Below, piece by piece: positions 60,566-64,000 of a DNA stretch of 64,000 nt (positions are counted from its first letter, which is position 1; each line of letters starts with the position of its first letter). The stretch is from assembly GCA_043228905.1 (NCBI GenBank), contig JBHGNT010000016.1:7316001-7380000 (forward strand), in the 5' to 3' direction. The DNA comes from Azolla caroliniana. Taxonomy: Eukaryota > Plantae > Polypodiophyta. The notes under the pieces are model-generated. The model did not search any database and was not told the DNA's origin. It saw nothing but the letters and a program-made list of their open reading frames with translations. A program made the translations under genes and the position numbers.

Positions 60566-61134
60566 TGTTAAGGATCTATGTATCGATGGAGTAAGCTCCT
60601 CGATGTCGTGCGGGATTCGGATCGGCGTATACCCTCTTGATGGCGAATCGGGCGGAGATGGTTGTCGGATACCTCCGAGCCTCACACTCACTCAACGATT
60701 AGTAAATGATTAAGCACAATATCTCTCTCACTCTCTCAAGCTCTCTCTCTCATAAACAATAGATCAATAGTATAGACAATAAGAAGCAAGAGTATGTCTA
60801 TTATTAACCCTCTTTGCTAAGAGGTCTAGCACCAACAAGGAGAGAGATTAGTGTTCTCTAACTCAACACTTCACTAATCTCTCTTAAGCTCAAAGGTTTA
60901 CAAGAAAGAGGAGAGGAAGCTCTAGCTCTAATCAATAGGAGATCTTTACGAATGGGAGAACCCTCACAAAGCCACTACTATGTGGTTTATATAGCTTTCA
61001 CGTTTAGGGTATGGGCCTTTCACATTTGGCTGTCTCTTTGCTTTCCTTTCCTCTTGCCGTTTCCTCTTCGTACTATGTCCTTGTTGATGCGTTCTTATTC
61101 GTGACTGGTTGTGTTGTTATCCCAACGCTTAACA
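60566..61134 (-). repeat. 5' LTR of the Athila-like element
   Basis: Direct repeat of 40386-40937, adjacent to the PBS. Confidence 0.95.
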
Positions 61135-62237
61135 ATCACATGTATCGATACATCCATTAGTAAGAATGCATTGAACAAAAAGGATTACATCAAGTAGAAA
61201 TGAAGGGAACAAGTTTTTTATTTGTATTACAATTTTGAGTGATATCAATGCACCCATAACTGATCACCAAACCTCGAGATCGATGACCAAGACTAGACCT
61301 CCATTATTGTGGCTGTAAAGGTCAATCCAATAAGCATTGATGTTTTCAAGATTAAGCATGTGTAGATTTTGGTAGTCACTATCGTCATAAGGCAAGTACT
61401 TGTTATTTTGAACATTTTAATAAATAATAATATTGTTCGATAATCATAAAGGAGTTTTTGGTAGTCACTATCATCAATGAAACTTATATGGCAAACAGAA
61501 TGACAACTTTCTTTGTTGCATGGCTCCGTTAATAATTTACTTTCGACCCTATACGTGTCGGCACCTGATGTATACGAGGGTTTACCTACTCTGGTTACAA
61601 CATTTTTTCCCATTCGTAATCGAAAAAAAGGTTGTGGTGGAGTTTTTGGCATGAGATTCCAAGATACCACACCTCATGGGTTTTGACAGAATTTTCGAAT
61701 CACAATCCCGACCATCGAGTGAAAAGTTACGAGCTTACTTGTAAATTTTGGACGTTGAGAGTCAAACCCTCTACATTGGCTGAGGCACTACATTTGATGG
61801 GTAGGATAGAATCACAATTCTTCAATAAATTTCCCTAAATTGGAGCCTTCAAGGCCACTCTCAAGTGTAAACTTCAGTTGAAGGATAGCATGGAGTCAAA
61901 GGTAGCCTTTGAGTCAAAGCTATCTTTGACTCAAGCCTTGAACTTGAGTTTTTCAGCAGAAGGTTGAGCTTTCGATCCTAGGCTCGTTGTTGTTGAACAT
62001 AAACACACACATAATTACTTCTAATCAAGCATATACATAGATGTAGTAAAATTTAAACACACATACACAATAATACAAAGTGCACACACATAATCACAAA
62101 ATAGAAAACGTATATAAAAACCAACATACATAAGCAATTACAAAGCCATACTTACAATAAAGCTTTTGCTTACACTCATACATTCACATCCAAGTACACA
62201 TTTACATACCCTTTCACATACAAACACTTGGGCCTAG

Positions 62238-62275
<38 letters not shown>

Positions 62276-62490
62276 TGATACAATCAGATTTATCTACTAC
62301 GCTCACAAATCATTACATGCATGCAAGCATATACTTGAGGAATAAAAGAACCTCCAAGGATCAGAAGTGGTAACTCAAACCCGCTCCATCCTCTTTGGTT
62401 CAAGTCCTGAGTAGTCTTGCTCACATTTCACACATACGTGTCGTTTCACGACAATGGGTAGGGTTGATGCCAATTGTGCGAAGGAGATCA

Positions 62491-63400
62491 ATTAGAATTA
62501 GAATTAGAATTTTTTATTGTCCATAAAGAGGCCAATTTTGACCTATGGGACCATAATATACATGTGTTCTTGATATGTGTCTCATTGCTCAGAAGGGGTA
62601 TTCATACATTGAAGCACAAAGTCTCTACGTGTGAATAAAGCATACACATATGAGCTCAACATTCTAGGTGGTTTCTTAAGTATGACACTTAAGTTATCAC
62701 ACCGTCTTAGTATGTCAACATATCTTGAACGATTTGCACTATATGTCGAGCATGTGAAGAGCAAGGGACAATTATCCTCTACCATGCCTTCATCGCATAC
62801 TTTACATGTCTTCAAATTCGTTACATTTTGATACCATGATGCAACTTCAATACCTAACTTTTGAGATTGAGTGCAAAGTAGTGTAAGGGCTCTATGAGCA
62901 TTACTACTCATATTGGTAATGAGACAAGGTTGGATACGATCAACAAGCATTCTTGCTTTATATTGAGACCAACATTAAGGGTTGACATTTGCAATGTAGT
63001 ATTCTAGCTTTGTCCTCTTAGCATCTTCCCACTTCATCCTTAATGATTCCACCAACCGTTCCTCAATCATTATATAATGCATAGCATTGGCCGAAAGCTC
63101 TCAAAGATCATCCACACTCCATCTTCTAAACCATTTCCTTATGTCAACAACCCAACCGATGAGAGAATCTTACTCTTATGATTCTTTTGTAGCTTACATC
63201 TAACATTCCAACCAAGATGTGGTAATCGATGATTGGCATATTCTTGACTTTTCTAATGTATTTATATACTCTTTGGAGTGCCAATATTTCTATGGGTCGA
63301 ATGCATGTTTCCAAGAGCATAACATGGTAAGAGGTAGTGCATTTAGGTCCTAATTGCCTCCTCAAAAACATCTTTTGAATTTTCTCAATCTCATTCCAAG
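62491..63400 (-). mobile_element. 5'-truncated RTE/RTEX-like LINE (C-terminal ORF part) with an (AATTCT)n tail
   Basis: FLRRQLG..TSYHVMLLET..PIE and SQKLGIEVASW..CKVCDEGMVEDNCPLLFTCSTY resemble the C-terminal zinc-finger region of such LINEs. The minus strand ends aataaaaaattctaattctaattctaatt. Confidence 0.65.
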
Positions 63401-63990
63401 TGGTAGCTAATTAGCTACTACCATAGTTTAGTATAGTAGCTTATTAGGTAAGTAGTAGCTAATTAGCTACTATCATACTTTAGTTGAGTAGCTAATTAGC
63501 TAAGTGGTAGCTAATTAGCTACTACCATAGTTTAATACATTAGCTAAATGGTAGCTAAATAGTTTAGTACAATAGCTAATTAGGTAAGTGGTAGCTAATT
63601 AGCTAAGTGGTAGCTAATTAGCTACTACTATAGTTTAGTGCAATAGCTAATTAGCTAAGTGGTAGCTAATTAGCTACTACCATAGTTTAGTACAGTAGCT
63701 AATTAGCTACAACTTAGCTAATTAGCTACTATCATAGTTTAATACAATAGCTAATTAGCTAAGTGGTAGCTAATTAGCTACTACCAATACTTTAGCTGAG
63801 TAGCTAATTAGCTACCACTTAGCTAATTAGCTACTACCATACTTTAGTTATAGTGGCTAATTAGCTACCAGCATACTTTAGCCAAATTTGGTAGGTAATT
63901 AGTTATTGTTATAGGCAGCTAATTAGGTATTGTGGTAGCTAAATAGCTATGAATGGTAGCTAATTAGTTATTCTGTTAGCTAAATAGCTA
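63400..63990. repeat. Satellite built on the palindrome TAGCTAATTAGCTA
   Basis: More than 12 copies of (g)tagctaattagcta(c) with short linkers, running to the window edge. Confidence 0.9.
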
Positions 63991-64000
63991 TGTTCGATAT

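Larger units (their letters stand above)
40386..61134 (-). mobile_element. Full-length Athila-like (non-chromovirus Ty3/gypsy) element, ~15.3 kb without the nested copia, TSD ATCAC
   Basis: LTRs 60566-61134 (5') and 40386-40937 (3'), TGTTA..TAACA, with about 10 substitutions and two indels. TSD at 40381-40385 and 61135-61139. tRNA-Asp PBS; PPT ggttgggggaga; gag-PR-RT-RH-INT order; no extra archaeal-type RNase H seen. Confidence 0.92.

Overview
Eukaryotic land-plant nuclear DNA, most likely a fern or other seed-free plant (inferred from Tcn1-type chromovirus, PLS-PPR relics and intron-rich genes). The left ~12 kb holds two convergent host genes: the last exon of a TIN1-like gene (+) and a complete 10-exon peroxisomal enoyl-CoA delta-isomerase (-, ends in PTS1 ARL). 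After a 100-N assembly gap, about 50 kb is mostly nested retrotransposons. (1) A decayed Tcn1-like Ty3/gypsy element with a self-priming signature contains a PPR-derived insert and a tRNA-Trp-primed, pol-less LTR element, whose 3' LTR is split by a Ty1/copia element. (2) A decayed L1-type LINE follows. (3) A 20.7-kb tRNA-Asp-primed Athila-like element is interrupted by a very young copia. (4) A truncated RTE-like LINE and a palindromic satellite end the window. The most unusual structure is in the Athila-like element: its gag-pol frame continues past the integrase GPY motif into a second aspartic-protease domain and two ~96-aa repeats. These are followed by an array of ~12 co-varying hairpins and a long extra ORF preceded by a splice acceptor. 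All coordinates and mismatch counts were read by eye and may be off by a few bases.
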